Origin: Daphnia carinata
Taxonomy: Eukaryota
Reading direction: 5' to 3'
Assembly: GCF_022539665.2 (NCBI RefSeq)
Contig: NC_081334.1
Coordinates: forward strand, 868,001-932,000
DNA length: 64,000 bases
Each line of letters opens with the position of its first letter. The first letter of the stretch is position 1. The notes beneath the pieces were generated by a model. It made no database searches and had not been told where the DNA came from. It saw only the letters and a list, made by a program, of their open reading frames with translations. Positions 1 to 12,223 of the stretch are shown piece by piece. The position numbers and the translations under genes were made by a program.

Positions 1-2291
1 TGCTGGACAACGTGACCGTGACGGGCCAAATCCAATCGAATGCCACTTCGGCATTACGCATCGTTCAGCTAAGCATCCACGGCTCACGAATCGGTTCGAT
101 CGCAGGTGGCGCGTTCAGCGAATTCACGCACCTCGATTCGCTCGAAATGCGATACACTTCGATAGGTGACATAGACGAGCGTGCATTTTCATCGGCCGCT
201 TCGTCGTTTATTATGGAAGTCTGCCAAATAGGACGCATGAATCGAAGTGCCTTGTCTATGCCCGTCGCACGCGTAACCCTACATTCCAATCAAATCAACG
301 TGCTTTCCACCGGTGCCATTTACCTACGTGAATGGAACGAACTGCTAATCGAAAACAACACCGTGACGCTTGTCGAACGTCACGCGTTCTACAACATCGG
401 TGAGCCTAAACTTCTCCCGTCTCCGAAAGCCGAACGGGACGTCCGTTTCGTCATACGGTACAACAACTTCCAGCAAGTGGAACAGGGCGCTTTTGTTATC
501 AGCGCTCAGGTACCCCAACTGAAATTGGAGGCGAATTCTTTCCAGCAAGTGTGCGATTGTCAAATGGCAGGATGGGCCGCTCAACTGACTCAAATCACTC
601 GCATAGCAGAGACCACAACGTCCGCCTCTTTCATCGAAGACTCTGTTCCTGATGCCCTATGGCTCGGCTCGTCATTGTTCAACAGTAGTTTATGTTGGTT
701 GGATCAGATAGCCACGGAATGTTTGGACCTGTCCCAACCGCAATTTCTATCCATGAACAATTACACGGAAGAGTTTTGCTCCGACGCACGTGAGACCGAA
801 CTGAGCCGCTGCGTGGCCACCAGACGTGCACTGCTGGACGTCAGCCGAATAATCGAGTTCGACATTGAAGATGGCAGTGTAACAAAACTAGTTGGCTTCA
901 GTTCACGACAAGATTTGGTGATGATCATCGTTCTTGGAGCGCTCTCTGCTTGCGTCTTATTGGCCGTCTGCCTGGGCATGGCCATTATCCGCTTTAAGAG
1001 CAAAACACGTCGTCAGAATCGCGGACGTAAAGCTGCGTCGGATGACGAACGAGTCACGTGTTCACCTTTGATTCCCAATGTGGAGAAACAATTGGGAAGC
1101 GGAGTCGTTTCGTCCGGCTCCATTTCACGTCTGTCCGTCAAGGAGTACCGAAATTATTTGGAAGAGCTCGGACCGATTTATTCGGAACCGCTGGATCCTC
1201 CGAATCCAAGCGGATGGCAAGCCTTAGCCAGTCATTCGGTTCCACCGGCCATTCCAACCATGCCTAGCCAATGGACACCGAAAACAACGGCCAAAATCGA
1301 GGACACCGACAGGCAAACGATGGACCGAGGTACGCAGACGAACACGAAAATCCCGGAATCTGTGGATTCATCCGAAAACATGGATGAAGGAGACCCACCG
1401 TCTAGTCTGGCCCTCGAGTTCACTCAGGATGTCATGGCGGCCCTACGAGACAAGATGGAAGTTTCCCCTCTGTACAGCGAAGTCAAAGATTCAGTTGTCA
1501 CGAAGGAAAAAAACATTCCGCCGTCGGAAGGAGGTGATGCGACGCCTGAACTCTACGATCTCATTAGAGTGGTAGATGGCGATCAAAGACCGTCTACGTC
1601 CTCCGCCAAGTCGGAGCATATCTACTGCAAACCGTGGAGCGCTGATCAATCGGAGAGTCGACTTCCATCTGTGGATGACGCAGCATCCATCGAGCTTAAA
1701 ATGGAAGACAAACAGCCATCCGATAGCCAATCAGCTGCTGGGTTAAAGAACGTTCCAGCTTCGAAAAATCAGCCTTTTCATGTGCGTGGATCTGTTCCTA
1801 AATGGCCCCCTCCAGCAAGAGAAGACAAGCTGGCCAACCGAAACAACACTGAACCGAGAATCACATCCGCCTCGTCCATCAAAGATGCCAAACCTCCGCC
1901 TTGGAGAAATTCATCTCGGCCGGCCCCAAAGAAATCACCAACTACGTCGTCTGGCACTCCGGCTGCTTCCGCCAAAACAAAGTCTTCCCCAAACCAATCG
2001 AAGTTGCAGTCAGCCGGAAAGCCATCAGCTGCGCAATCCATTGCACCGGATGGCGCTCCTCGCTCCCCTCCGCCGACTAATGAGGGCGAAAACAATGCGG
2101 AAGTGACGGGCCAATCGTCTAGTTTTTCATTCCGACGGCCCGCCGATGGTCAGGACAAAAGCGGAATGACCGGTCCTCCCAAACCGGCTAGGACAGCCTT
2201 GCTGTGCGAGTATGCCGATCCGCACGACCTCAGCGAGCCGTTGTACTCTGAGTTGGTCGTACAAGATGAAAAACGGAATGATCTTCTGTGA
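1..2291 (+). CDS. Leucine-rich-repeat single-pass membrane protein, last exon(s); 5' end lies outside the window
   Basis: 759-aa ORF with LRR units (LSIHGSRIGSI, LEMRYTSIGDI, LHSNQINVL, LLIENNTVTLV), an LRRCT-like NSFQQVCDCQM, a TM helix (LVMIIVLGALSACVLLAVCLGMAII) followed by a basic stop-transfer, and a long S/P-rich tail. AATAAA at 2540-2545. Confidence 0.85.
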   Translation, partial: LDNVTVTGQIQSNATSALRIVQLSIHGSRIGSIAGGAFSEFTHLDSLEMRYTSIGDIDERAFSSAASSFIMEVCQIGRMNRSALSMPVARVTLHSNQINVLSTGAIYLREWNELLIENNTVTLVERHAFYNIGEPKLLPSPKAERDVRFVIRYNNFQQVEQGAFVISAQVPQLKLEANSFQQVCDCQMAGWAAQLTQITRIAETTTSASFIEDSVPDALWLGSSLFNSSLCWLDQIATECLDLSQPQFLSMNNYTEEFCSDARETELSRCVATRRALLDVSRIIEFDIEDGSVTKLVGFSSRQDLVMIIVLGALSACVLLAVCLGMAIIRFKSKTRRQNRGRKAASDDERVTCSPLIPNVEKQLGSGVVSSGSISRLSVKEYRNYLEELGPIYSEPLDPPNPSGWQALASHSVPPAIPTMPSQWTPKTTAKIEDTDRQTMDRGTQTNTKIPESVDSSENMDEGDPPSSLALEFTQDVMAALRDKMEVSPLYSEVKDSVVTKEKNIPPSEGGDATPELYDLIRVVDGDQRPSTSSAKSEHIYCKPWSADQSESRLPSVDDAASIELKMEDKQPSDSQSAAGLKNVPASKNQPFHVRGSVPKWPPPAREDKLANRNNTEPRITSASSIKDAKPPPWRNSSRPAPKKSPTTSSGTPAASAKTKSSPNQSKLQSAGKPSAAQSIAPDGAPRSPPPTNEGENNAEVTGQSSSFSFRRPADGQDKSGMTGPPKPARTALLCEYADPHDLSEPLYSELVVQDEKRNDLL

Positions 2292-2761
2292 TCCAACTCA
2301 CGTAACCCTCTCGGCTTTTCTCACGTTTGCTTCCTTTTCCAATCCGTCGAAAACGCCTTCGCTCCTAGGCCTTGCTGGAAATGTGTAACTGGTTAAGAGT
2401 TAACCAAGTCAAAAATCGTCATCAATGTCAATGTTGTTTTTAAGAGTTCTTTTTCATATATTTGGGCGTGTGTGTACATTGCGTGTACTTAGTTGCCATT
2501 GTGCTTTGAACTGTTGGGTATGATTCACCAACAGCCACTAATAAAGATCTTGCGATTCCGGGTGTTCTAATTTAAATACGTCACGTTGTTGCGAGTCCTG
2601 CGGTCAACCCTTTGTTTGGGAAGGGGTTCCGGTTGTGAGGTTTTTCTCCGCCGGGCTCTCTTTGTTCTAGCAGGATGTGGTGAAGGCAAAACACGGTGAT
2701 GAACGATATCTGATTTAAAAAATAATAATAAAATTTAGACTCGTACGTCAAAACGAATGGA

Positions 2762-4438
2762 ATGGATCGTTCCGAGTTCTGCACTGGTAAAAATAGTTTC
2801 GTGACAAAATATTGTAATGTGAATAATTCATTTTGAAAATCACACAGCGGTGACGTTGTTGGCAGTGCTGTTCGTAACAGCCAACTGCCAAGGCGAGCCA
2901 AGAGAATGGACATCTGCTTTCGGCAGGTGGACCACACCATCGACTACTTCGACGACGAAAATTCACCACATCGAGCAAAACCGTCCAGTTTCGATCTGTG
3001 ACGATAAGTGCTGTGAATGCTTTAACAATAAAAGTCGTGTCGAATGTACGTCATCATCCACCTGTAAGGTAATTGTTTCATATTTCTCATATTGGATTTT
3101 TACTACAGCTGAACTGACGACTTGGTTGGGCCAGGAATTCGTTTTGAATCAGAACAATCGTCTACCAAAAGAAGCCAAAACAGTCATTATTACAGGGTTT
3201 CATCGGTTAAAGGTGACCAAGGGCAGCCTAGATTATTCACAGAACCTGCAATTACTAACCATCGAGCGGGTTGAACAGATTGAAACCGAACCTTACGCAC
3301 TGTCTCAACCTTCTTGCAGTTCTGGCTGGCGACATTCTTTACGGCCGACATTGTTCATTAACGCAAGTTCCATTGCTAATTTAAAGCGAAGAACTTTAAC
3401 CGGTGCATATAGATTAACGTCTTAAATAATTAATTCCCTGTCTTAAATGAATTCTGATGTCTCACAGGTGCGTGGAATGAAATTATCATCAGCCATTCCA
3501 ATGTGAAGTTGGTTGAATCGGAGAGTTTCTTCAATGTATCTTGTTTGAAGAAGTTAACGATAGAGGGCAACTCTATAATGGAAATAAAGAGTAAGGCCTT
3601 GTCCGATAGTGAGGCTCAATATTTAGTGATTAAGAGCAATGAGATCAGATCAATCGAAAACGGCGCTTTCCACGTGAATGTAACGGACTCTGCCACTATT
3701 GCATCGAACAAATTAAACGATATCCAATCGGAAGCTTTCGTTTTGCACACTCCTCGGATTTTCAAATTTCTTAACAATACAGTGGGCAACCTATATCCAT
3801 ATGCTTTTCAGCTGGCGGCAAAGGAGAAGATTGATTTTATATCCAACACCTTCAAGAGGATCGCTCGTCACGCATTCCATGCAATAAAAACCATGGGCAG
3901 TGCCAAGATCACCATTGCCATAACAATTGAGAAGTTTGACAACGGAGCATTTGATCTAAATGAATCGCTCTTAAATTCTTCGCTGCAGAAAGTCGACATC
4001 AAGATGATCGAGATTTGCGACTGCAGATTAGAAATTCTTCTCGACACTCTCTTCAGCACTCATGGCGATCCCAAACGGAAAGAAGGCACAAACGTCCGTA
4101 GTATTATCCGAGATTCGGTTTCGTGCAAAACAGACAAAGGAATGGAAAAATTCTTAATCTTTGCTCTTTTTCATGGTTGCCAGTCGTCTACAGTGTTGTT
4201 TGCTTCCATTGGGGGTGTCACATTAGTAGTTTTATTGCTATTTGGCATAGGTGTAACACTGGTGGTTCGTCGAAAGAAAAAATTTCGTCGCTCGAATACG
4301 GGAACATCTAAAGTGTGGATGATGCATGCCTACACGGAGTCAGAATGTAAAGTCGACGAAGAGTTTGTCCATCCTTTAGAAACAGTTGGAGAAAATGGAC
4401 CCGTATTGTTCACTAATCAAAGCGAAAAGGGTTCCTGA
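2762..4438 (+). CDS. Second LRR single-pass membrane protein with signal peptide (multi-exon)
   Basis: ATG at 2762 spliced over a 61-nt GT-AG intron (2787-2847) gives the signal peptide MDRSEFCTAVTLLAVLFVTANCQG. Then a Cys-rich LRRNT-like CDDKCCEC, LRRs (LTIEGNSIMEI, LVIKSNEIRSI), ICDCRL, and TM IGGVTLVVLLLFGIGVTLVV followed by RRKKK. Stop at 4438, AATAAA at 4537. Confidence 0.8.
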
Positions 4439-4670
4439 CTTCAGTAAGCAATCTTTCCCAACAATGCCATATATAAGCAAAAGTTTTTCTCTCAACAAGT
4501 TAAACCAAATAACAATTGTTGTGTGGAATTTTTATCAATAAATCTCTATTTCCTAAACAATAAAAATTTTTGTTTACTGGCTTGCTTAGATGCCGACATT
4601 TGGAACGAACGATCAGATGGTGATTTACACGAGGGCGGAATCAAAGAAATTTGGAAAAGAAGAAATTGGC

Positions 4671-4680
4671 TTTTCCCGCC
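4671..4680 (+). promoter_or_regulatory. E2F-like site next to a reverse CCAAT box, upstream of snurportin
   Basis: TTTTCCCGCC preceded by ATTGG, ~250 nt upstream of the ATG. Motif match only. Confidence 0.35.
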
Positions 4681-4929
4681 ATTCATGTTAATGTAAAATA
4701 TAGCACGGCGCAGGCTCGTACGCTCGTTTATTTCGTGAAAATACAGTGATAATCACTGCTGATCGTCGGTGACAAATTGACTATAGTTTATTCGCATTAA
4801 ATTTGTCGTCTGCTATCCGGTTTTTTCGTACATTTGCATTCACAGTCGACTGAAGCACTGCTTGATTGGTACAATTCTTCTTCTACGGTTTTCTGTCTGT
4901 CTGCGCGAGAACACCTTCTTTGTACGATA

Positions 4930-6113
4930 ATGGATAATTTGATTGGCTCTTTGGAATCATCACTTAATGTATCCACAGAACCGTATAGCACTGCGACAGC
5001 ACATCCCCGGTTTTCACAATTCAAATCGAAAACATGGAAAATAAACCAAGAAGAACGAAGAAGAAAAACCTTGGAGAACCAAAAGCAGTAAGTCTATTGT
5101 ATTTGTATTCCAATTTCTTTGTATCTTAATACAGTCATATCCAGGAACCGATATGACTACTACAATCATTGCCGTCGATTGGCTGAAAGTGATTTCAGTG
5201 TTGATGAGGAATGCCTCTCAGAAACCCAAGAGGAAATGGAGTGGTCACCTCCAAAAATTAAAACTCCTAGAACATACCAAGACCAGATTATGCTTTCAGA
5301 ATGGCTTGTTGATGTTCCAGAAGATTTTGAAACCAATTGGCTAGTGATGCCTTGCCCTACTGGTAAAAGATGTCTGGTAGTTGCATCTAGGGTAAATATT
5401 TTATTTTTTATGTCTGTAAAAACAATTTCAGTAGCTAATTTATCTCCATATTATGTGAATGGCGCTAGGGATGGACACGTGTGTATTCCAAAAGTGGGTA
5501 TCTGATCACAGAGTTTCAATCATTTTTACCTGGGGGATTTCGGCAGAGTTCAGACAGCACAATTCTTGATTGTGTCTGGAATGAATATAAGCAGTGCTAC
5601 TTTGTCCTGGATGTTTTAAGCTGGAGTAGGGTGCCTTTGCTTGGCTGTGAAGTAGGTAGAAACAAATTGGTCATGTGACTTTGATAAAACTTATGTAACT
5701 TTTATTTTGTTTACTGGAAGGCTGAATTTAGATTTTATTGGTTGCATGGCAAATTTAGTGAACAACCGGAATTCGGTGTGAAGTCAGATAAAAATCGATA
5801 CCCTTTTATTCCACTGCCTACCAAAAGTTGTACAAAAGAAAACATTGAAGATTTACTCCTGATGGAAAAACAAATCTGGTCACCTTTGGATGGGCTACTG
5901 TTTTATCATAAACTGGGTTATTACACTCCCGGAGTCAGCCCTTTAGTTGGATGGCTTAAGCCTTTCATGGTTTCAGAGATTTTAAAAGCAAAGGTACCTG
6001 AGTTTTATATGCAGAAAAAGCCATCAAATTATGTGAACATCCAGCAGCATTTAAAAAGAAATGTGAAAGAGAAACATGATGAAAATTCTGTTGAAATGTT
6101 GGTAAAAGAATGA
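4930..6113 (+). CDS. SNUPN: Snurportin-1 (m3G-cap snRNP import adaptor), multi-exon
   Basis: N-terminal HPRFSQFK...[13 protein letters not shown] (importin-beta binding), [58 protein letters not shown]. Short GT-AG introns join the ORF pieces. Confidence 0.95.
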
Positions 6114-6208
6114 AAACAGGTTTCTGTTTTTTGTCTAGCCTTATTTTATATATTGACACAAGATGATGCAGAGCATATCTCTTTGCTGTATTATATCTGT
6201 ACAAAATG

Positions 6209-6427
6209 TTACTCGTCGAAATCAGATCGGATCACGATACCGCTGTACTGTTTGCAACTGTTCATTTTCGGATAAACTGCTTCATTTCGATTGGGGACGG
6301 CGATGCCACCATTAATATCTCCGTGTATTGGAGCTGCTGAGCTTGATGAAATAAGCATTGTTATGAGTAAACCAAGCAATAACCCACTAAAAATGCATTT
6401 GGCTATAAGTCAGTGACGTTGAGCCAT
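6209..6427 (-). pseudogene. Small signal-peptide ORF with an in-frame TGA at codon 6 (disrupted, or the true start is a spliced upstream exon)
   Basis: MAQRH*LIAKCIFSGLLLGLLITMLISSSSAAPIHGDINGGIAVPNRNEAVYPKMNSCKQYSGIVIRSDFDE* (73 codons). It has a hydrophobic h-region and an SSA|AP cleavage-like site. Confidence 0.35.
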
Positions 6428-7735
6428 TATCGGTATTCAATTTCGGGTTGGTTGCTCAAGGTTAACAGAAATTTGCTGCTATGGTATATGGTTGGTTGAT
6501 TTCAATGAATACATTTATCGTTTATTGAGTTCAATGGCCAGTACTAAATTAAAGTTAAGAAAAACGACAGACAATACTTGCCCCCCAAAACGTTAAATGA
6601 CCATTTATTTGTTTTTGTTTTTGCAATCAATGTGATTCATTATCTTTCGTGTCGTCAGAATAAACCGCTAAAGCACAAAAAAGAAATTATGGGTAAGATT
6701 TCTGAATGTAAACGTTTATAAACAAAGTTAATCTCTTTTTACAGTGGGAGCCCAGGAGTCGTAAAATCGGGGCTACAAATAAAGTTCTTTCAAACGAGAT
6801 CAATTGCTAACTTGCGTAGGATGCTCTCTCTCTCTTTCCGTATTACGATACACAAGGCGCTTATTATAAGTCGTAAAACCACCATTACACATCAGGCGGA
6901 AATATGGTTACACGATTCCAACGAAATGCTCAAAGGTAACATCTTCGAAAATTATGAACACACAGTTGATTTGCCGATTGATAGCCTCGTTTTTAAGCAC
7001 ATTAATATTTTTCTTACTTGATTTATATCTAATCAGAATAGGTATTTTAAATAATAGTTCTAAGTTTTTAACATTTTCTGACAAACCACGCTCACCGTGC
7101 GCTTGTTTATGTCCAAGCTGTCAATGGTGTGGCAACTGCAGTCGTCTGTTTGTAATCTATTTCTGGATTTCTTCATTAAATGGAATATTTCGTAGGTAGA
7201 GCATGCACTTTGACGCACGTGTAGAAAAGTTTAGGGCTGGCATATGTACAAGTGATGACGTTAATGGCAAGACGTAGAGGCGAGAAGTACGATGGGAAGA
7301 AAGGGGAATTCTCAATAGAGTGGTGGCTTCGGACAAAATGAGTTTGACTTTCGCCCCCAGTCTTCTTTGTGTTTCGGCCATATGCGGTAGTGCGCCAAAA
7401 CTATCAGCTGTAGCCACTTCCCTTGTCTACACAACAGCAAAATCTGAAAAGGTATACATTTTGTTATTGAGTCTAATGCTTTGCTAATGCTCGGGAGTTT
7501 TATTTATTAAACCTTTACAATGTGTACCTTAGATTTGTAACGTTTTACGCACGTAGGCTATGTGTCGAAATATTTGAAAGCTGAATACGTATCGCTTTGC
7601 ATTCATTGCAAAGGTTTGGTTCAACCGCATATCGTCTGCAATTTTTATTGTAAGTCTATCAAGGACGTAGGCTATTGTCATGTTGCAAAAACATCTTTAT
7701 CGTCTTTCATGTTGACGCGTACTATTTACAGGAGT

Positions 7736-10700
7736 ATGGCGTTGGTTTTCTTGCTGATACACGTGGTTCTATTTTGTTCGCCGGTTCTAAAAGCTCAAAA
7801 AACGAATTCCTGTAAGTGGCAAACTGTGTTTCTTGGCAAATTATATGGATAGTGGAAATACCTTTTGTTTTTTAACACAATCTCGTAGTTTATCTGTCTT
7901 TTCTTTTCTTCACTATAACTAATGCTATCTTTAAAGCCTTTTAGTAACGAAACGCTCTATAAACACAACACTGGCGTTTGTCCAAACTGTGAATCGTGGT
8001 AAATATCTTGAACAAATGAGCTAGCATGACTGGGTTTGCTTATCACAGAAAATGAATCTCCTTTCCGTACAACGTTCTCGTGTCGGATATCCATCCATCA
8101 AGCGCACGTGATTTAAACATCAGAGATATTAAAGAATTAAGCTTGCGTTACCGTATGGTCGATAATGAACAATGTGAAACTGCATTAACTTATGCAGTTT
8201 CAATCAACTTAACTGAACGATAAATTGCTCATTGGTTTTTGTAGTATTTTCATATCTCCTCTCTCCTCCTACATACTAACTGAACGTAATTAATCGTGTA
8301 CTTATCGTAATCATATTCAATTGTTTTAAAAATTTCATGTAAAATAAATATTTTTTATTTTATTTTTTTAGCATATTTCAGCTGGACTAAAGAACTCAAA
8401 AATGAATTGTTCCATGTTCGCCAATATGATAAACATGCAAGACCAATATTGGACAGCAGTGAACAAGTTATCAAAGTAGACGTGCGGTTTAGTTTCACAC
8501 GGGCTGTTTTCAACGAGAAGGACGGTATTCTAGAGACAAATGGATGGCTTGGATTGGTATGACTAGATGATGTTAACACCATTTAATATCTGATGAGCCA
8601 TGTACGTTCTCAGCGCATTTCTATTACCGTCGGATTTACTGATGTTGGCATTGTACGTCTGAAAATCATAGGGATGATCCCATCCAGAGCGGAGATAATG
8701 AACCCAAGCGCTCATTGAGGATATGCCTTTAGTAGTACAGCTTTAATCACATCTTTTTACGGCAACCAGGAATATACCCTAGCTAGGGATGAACAAGGAA
8801 ATAGGGTTATGTAGAATCATTTGCAACTTATATTCTGCAGTCGATGTACACCCCGTGCGTTTGCAATGAGCCCAAAAACTCGTACTCTCCGCTCAGAAAC
8901 GGCAGGTCTATAGAAAGTACAGTATAATAACATCTGTGACTGAAATTTACGGTTTTAAGTAGTTCAGTCTTATTTTTCATATTCTCCATTGATTTCCATA
9001 ATCAAAAAATTCTTTTGTTAGTATATTTTTCCAAATGCATTTAATTTAGGAAGTCTTTTAAAAACTTTTTTTCTTTTTTTAATAGCGCTGGATTGACAGT
9101 ATGCTGAAATGGGACCCTTCAGTCTTTGGTGATATGCGGAACTTGAAGCTGATTTCGGACTTATTGTGGAAACCGGATATAGTGGTGTTTAACAGGTATA
9201 TTACGCTCTCAACTTACGATGGGAAAAGCTTATTTTTCAATTTTAGCATCTTATTTTTGCTTCGTCTACAGTGTTAGAGGCTACGACCCCATGCCTCCAT
9301 CTCAAGCAACTCTCCTTCATGACGGTACGGTGTACTACATACCACCTCTGTATCTCGTAACACCCTGTTCCCCAGATTTGACTAAGTGGCCAGAAGGCTT
9401 CCTAAAATGTGAAGTAATTACTTTCTAATATCAAGGTTATATCATGATTGAATTTAAAAGTTGGTTTTCAAAGATACGATTCGGTGCGTGGACTTTGGAC
9501 AGTACCGAAATACTCCTCGGTATTTTGGAAAATGAAACAAAGGTAGCAATCATAATACTGCCTCGTTTGGCTCTGATTATACGTCGCATTTCTTTTATAA
9601 TAGTTATAGATCTTACTCAGAAAGATTTATATCTTGGTATGACTAAGCTCATAATCTAATTTTGCATTTCTCATGGATAGGCAGATCTAATACACTACGA
9701 AAATTGGAGTTCGCAGTGGGAGATAACAGAAACAGCGGTTTCGACCAACTCTTACTTCAATTGCTGTAATCCGTATTACCAAGATGTAGCTGTCACTGTT
9801 CACTTGAAAAGAAATTCTTCCCTGGCAGAAAAAATAGCTATGGTATCATCTGCTGGTAAATTAATAAAGTAAAGTAATGCTTCTACAAATTGAAAGAAAA
9901 AGCAAGTTTTTGGGATTCAGGAATATGGATAATCGTCTTGTTCTCATACTGGATGAGCCCTAATTCAGCTGATCGCCAAGCAATTGGATATTCAGGAATC
10001 ATTGGAATGACATTGATCCTTGTAATTTTTCTATGGAAATTACCGACAGGAAAAAACATCCCAGTTCTCCGTAAATATTGCTTACAACTATTAATCAACT
10101 AGTGAATTTCTGCATTACATCTATGTTTCTTCTCACCACAGTGGTTACTCATCTTGTGCTACTTCTGCAATGCGGCTCAAATTGTGGTAAAAATATCCTG
10201 AAATAACACACTGTATTTGTAAAATAATTTTGATATTACACAAATAGCTGTAACGATGATGAACCGAAGGCTTCTACGACGGTCTCCGAAATCCGCGCCC
10301 TATTGGGTAAGGCGTATAGTGAACACTAAAATACTGGATACGTTGACACCTAGACGTGACATTCTGGCAGAAATCGAGTTGAATCAGGTAGGCTTTGCAC
10401 GCTACAGTAGACTGCTCCTGACTAGTTAAGTGAAGTAGTAGTCGTCGACTACTACACTTTAACTAGAGAATAGAAAAGCTTCAGCATATTTCAGTTTTTT
10501 CATAAAAGTCTCTGAACATATCCAACATTGGCAATTAATGTTCGTCTATAAAGCAATGTTGAGAGAATATTGAATTTTGTTCTTGTCTTATCCTGAAAAT
10601 GTGGTAAGGCGTCCATCATTCATTAATATGGCATAAACGTAGTACATTCACTGGTTACCAACGGAGAACTAGTGCTGAAGCTGTGTAACATGAACGAATG

Positions 10701-11120
10701 CCACAACGATTTGTAATATAGTCGTCAAGTAGTAACAGCTTCCGAAATTTGTTATTTTAATGCTCAGTTGTGCAGAAAAGTCCATGTTTAATGTCAAGAA
10801 GTTATGTGTGATGTATTTAGCTTTCGATTTTGTCCATTAAAAATCAGAAAGTGTATGATAACCTAGTTGTAATTCAATAGGCTCATATCCCATTGGGCAC
10901 TGGGAATGATTCAAGCACACTTCTGTCATCTTCGTCTACTGTTCCGGATGAAACCGGCCAACCACGTCTGATGCAGCCTCGCAAAACGTGCATTTCTGAA
11001 GACATAGACATTTGGTACCGTGTGGCTAGTCTTTTTGATCGACTAGCGTTTTCCATCTATCTTCTGAGTTTTATTCTTGTTTCGGCATTCATAGTTGTCT
11101 TGTATACAACAGACAAATGA
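7736..11120 (+). CDS. Divergent nicotinic acetylcholine receptor alpha-like subunit (Cys-loop ligand-gated channel), about 10 exons
   Basis: Signal peptide MALVFLLIHVVLFCSPVLKA, YDKHARP, LWKPDIVVFN (loop A), C-x13-C Cys loop CSPDLTKWPEGFLKC, FGAWT (loop B), vicinal cysteines YFNCCNPYYQD (loop C), TM1-TM3, and the TM4 segment WYRVASLFDRLAFSIYLLSF. Confidence 0.88.
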
Positions 11121-11902
11121 GCACTGAATGAAGAGATATGAACGGCCGTGGGAAGAGGAAAAGCATATGTAGTAGTACCATAACTTTTAGGTGTCTTGAC
11201 ACTCAATGGCTCCCGGTGTTCACGAAGTTCGCGATAGCTCTGGATAAAAAAAACCACAGAGTACTATCAAAATGAAACGCCGATTTCTATGAAGTTATTG
11301 GTTTTCTATTTAAACCAGCCGTTTTTAAAATAAACGAGAACAAAGTGCAATTAGCGCACCAACTTTGTTTGTTACCTTTTAATTCAAAAACTGTAAAACC
11401 ATTAGAAAATAAACTTAATTTCTGCGATTGTTTTAATTCTAAATCGAAATCATGTTCAAGTAAAATTTTAAATTTGCCTTAAAGTGGGAAGGGGTGAGTG
11501 TTATTTGCCAATCGTATTACCGTTTTCCCGAATATTTAAACAATTTATGATCTCATCAAAAATAGACAGTTAATTTACGCGATTATCGTCGATTTCGAAT
11601 CTACTTCTTGTTCATTGCTACATAGAAATTTTGGAAATCCAAAATTGGTAGAAAAATCGGACTTATTTTTTTGTCGGGCTTATTTTCGAGTTCAACAATT
11701 TAACCCAAAAATATACCACTTGGGATTCTATAACAAATTACACCGTATACCCATATATACGCTGATTTCAGAAATGTTATTTGATTATTCCTCCAAGCAG
11801 CTGTTTTTAAATTACATTGAATATTGTGCTATAGCAGTATGTACTAGTTCGTACTAGCGCGCCAACATTTTTTAGGATTACTCGACAAAAAAAAACCGTT
11901 GG

Positions 11903-11905
<3 letters not shown>

Positions 11906-11950
<45 letters not shown>

Positions 11951-11970
11951 AAAAAAAAAAAAAAAAAAAA
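11906..11970 (+). repeat. Poly(A) tract at the left end of the foldback region
   Basis: About 65-nt A run (one C) followed by TCACACTTTTTC. It is mirrored by AAAAAGTGTGA(T)n at ~16566-16593 and ~17410-17451. Confidence 0.9.
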
Positions 11971-12223
11971 TCACACTTTTTTCTCTTTTTTCTACCCGTA
12001 GCCATCTACCAGTCGGTTTCGTTATTACAGGCATGTAAGCAATTTGAGTTAATTGTATCCTATTAGCAGTTAATTGAGTAGCGTGGCTGGAGAAAAACGC
12101 GTGGCTGAAGAAAAACTCGTGGCTGGAGAAAAATATTTAAAAATGGATAAGATAATAAAAGATAAGGATGGTAAGTATAAACATTATTTTATTAGTTTTC
12201 AATTATTAATTATTGTTTATTAG

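Noticed and set aside
6410..6412. Selenocysteine recoding of the in-frame TGA
   Set aside because: The codon lies within a signal-peptide n-region and I could not identify a SECIS element.
7157..7417. 86-aa minus-strand ORF between snurportin and the nAChR gene
   Set aside because: Non-ATG start, stops in adjoining sequence and no recognisable motif, so it cannot be supported as a gene.
11807..12034. Poly-Phe ORF
   Set aside because: It is the translation of the poly(A) tract.
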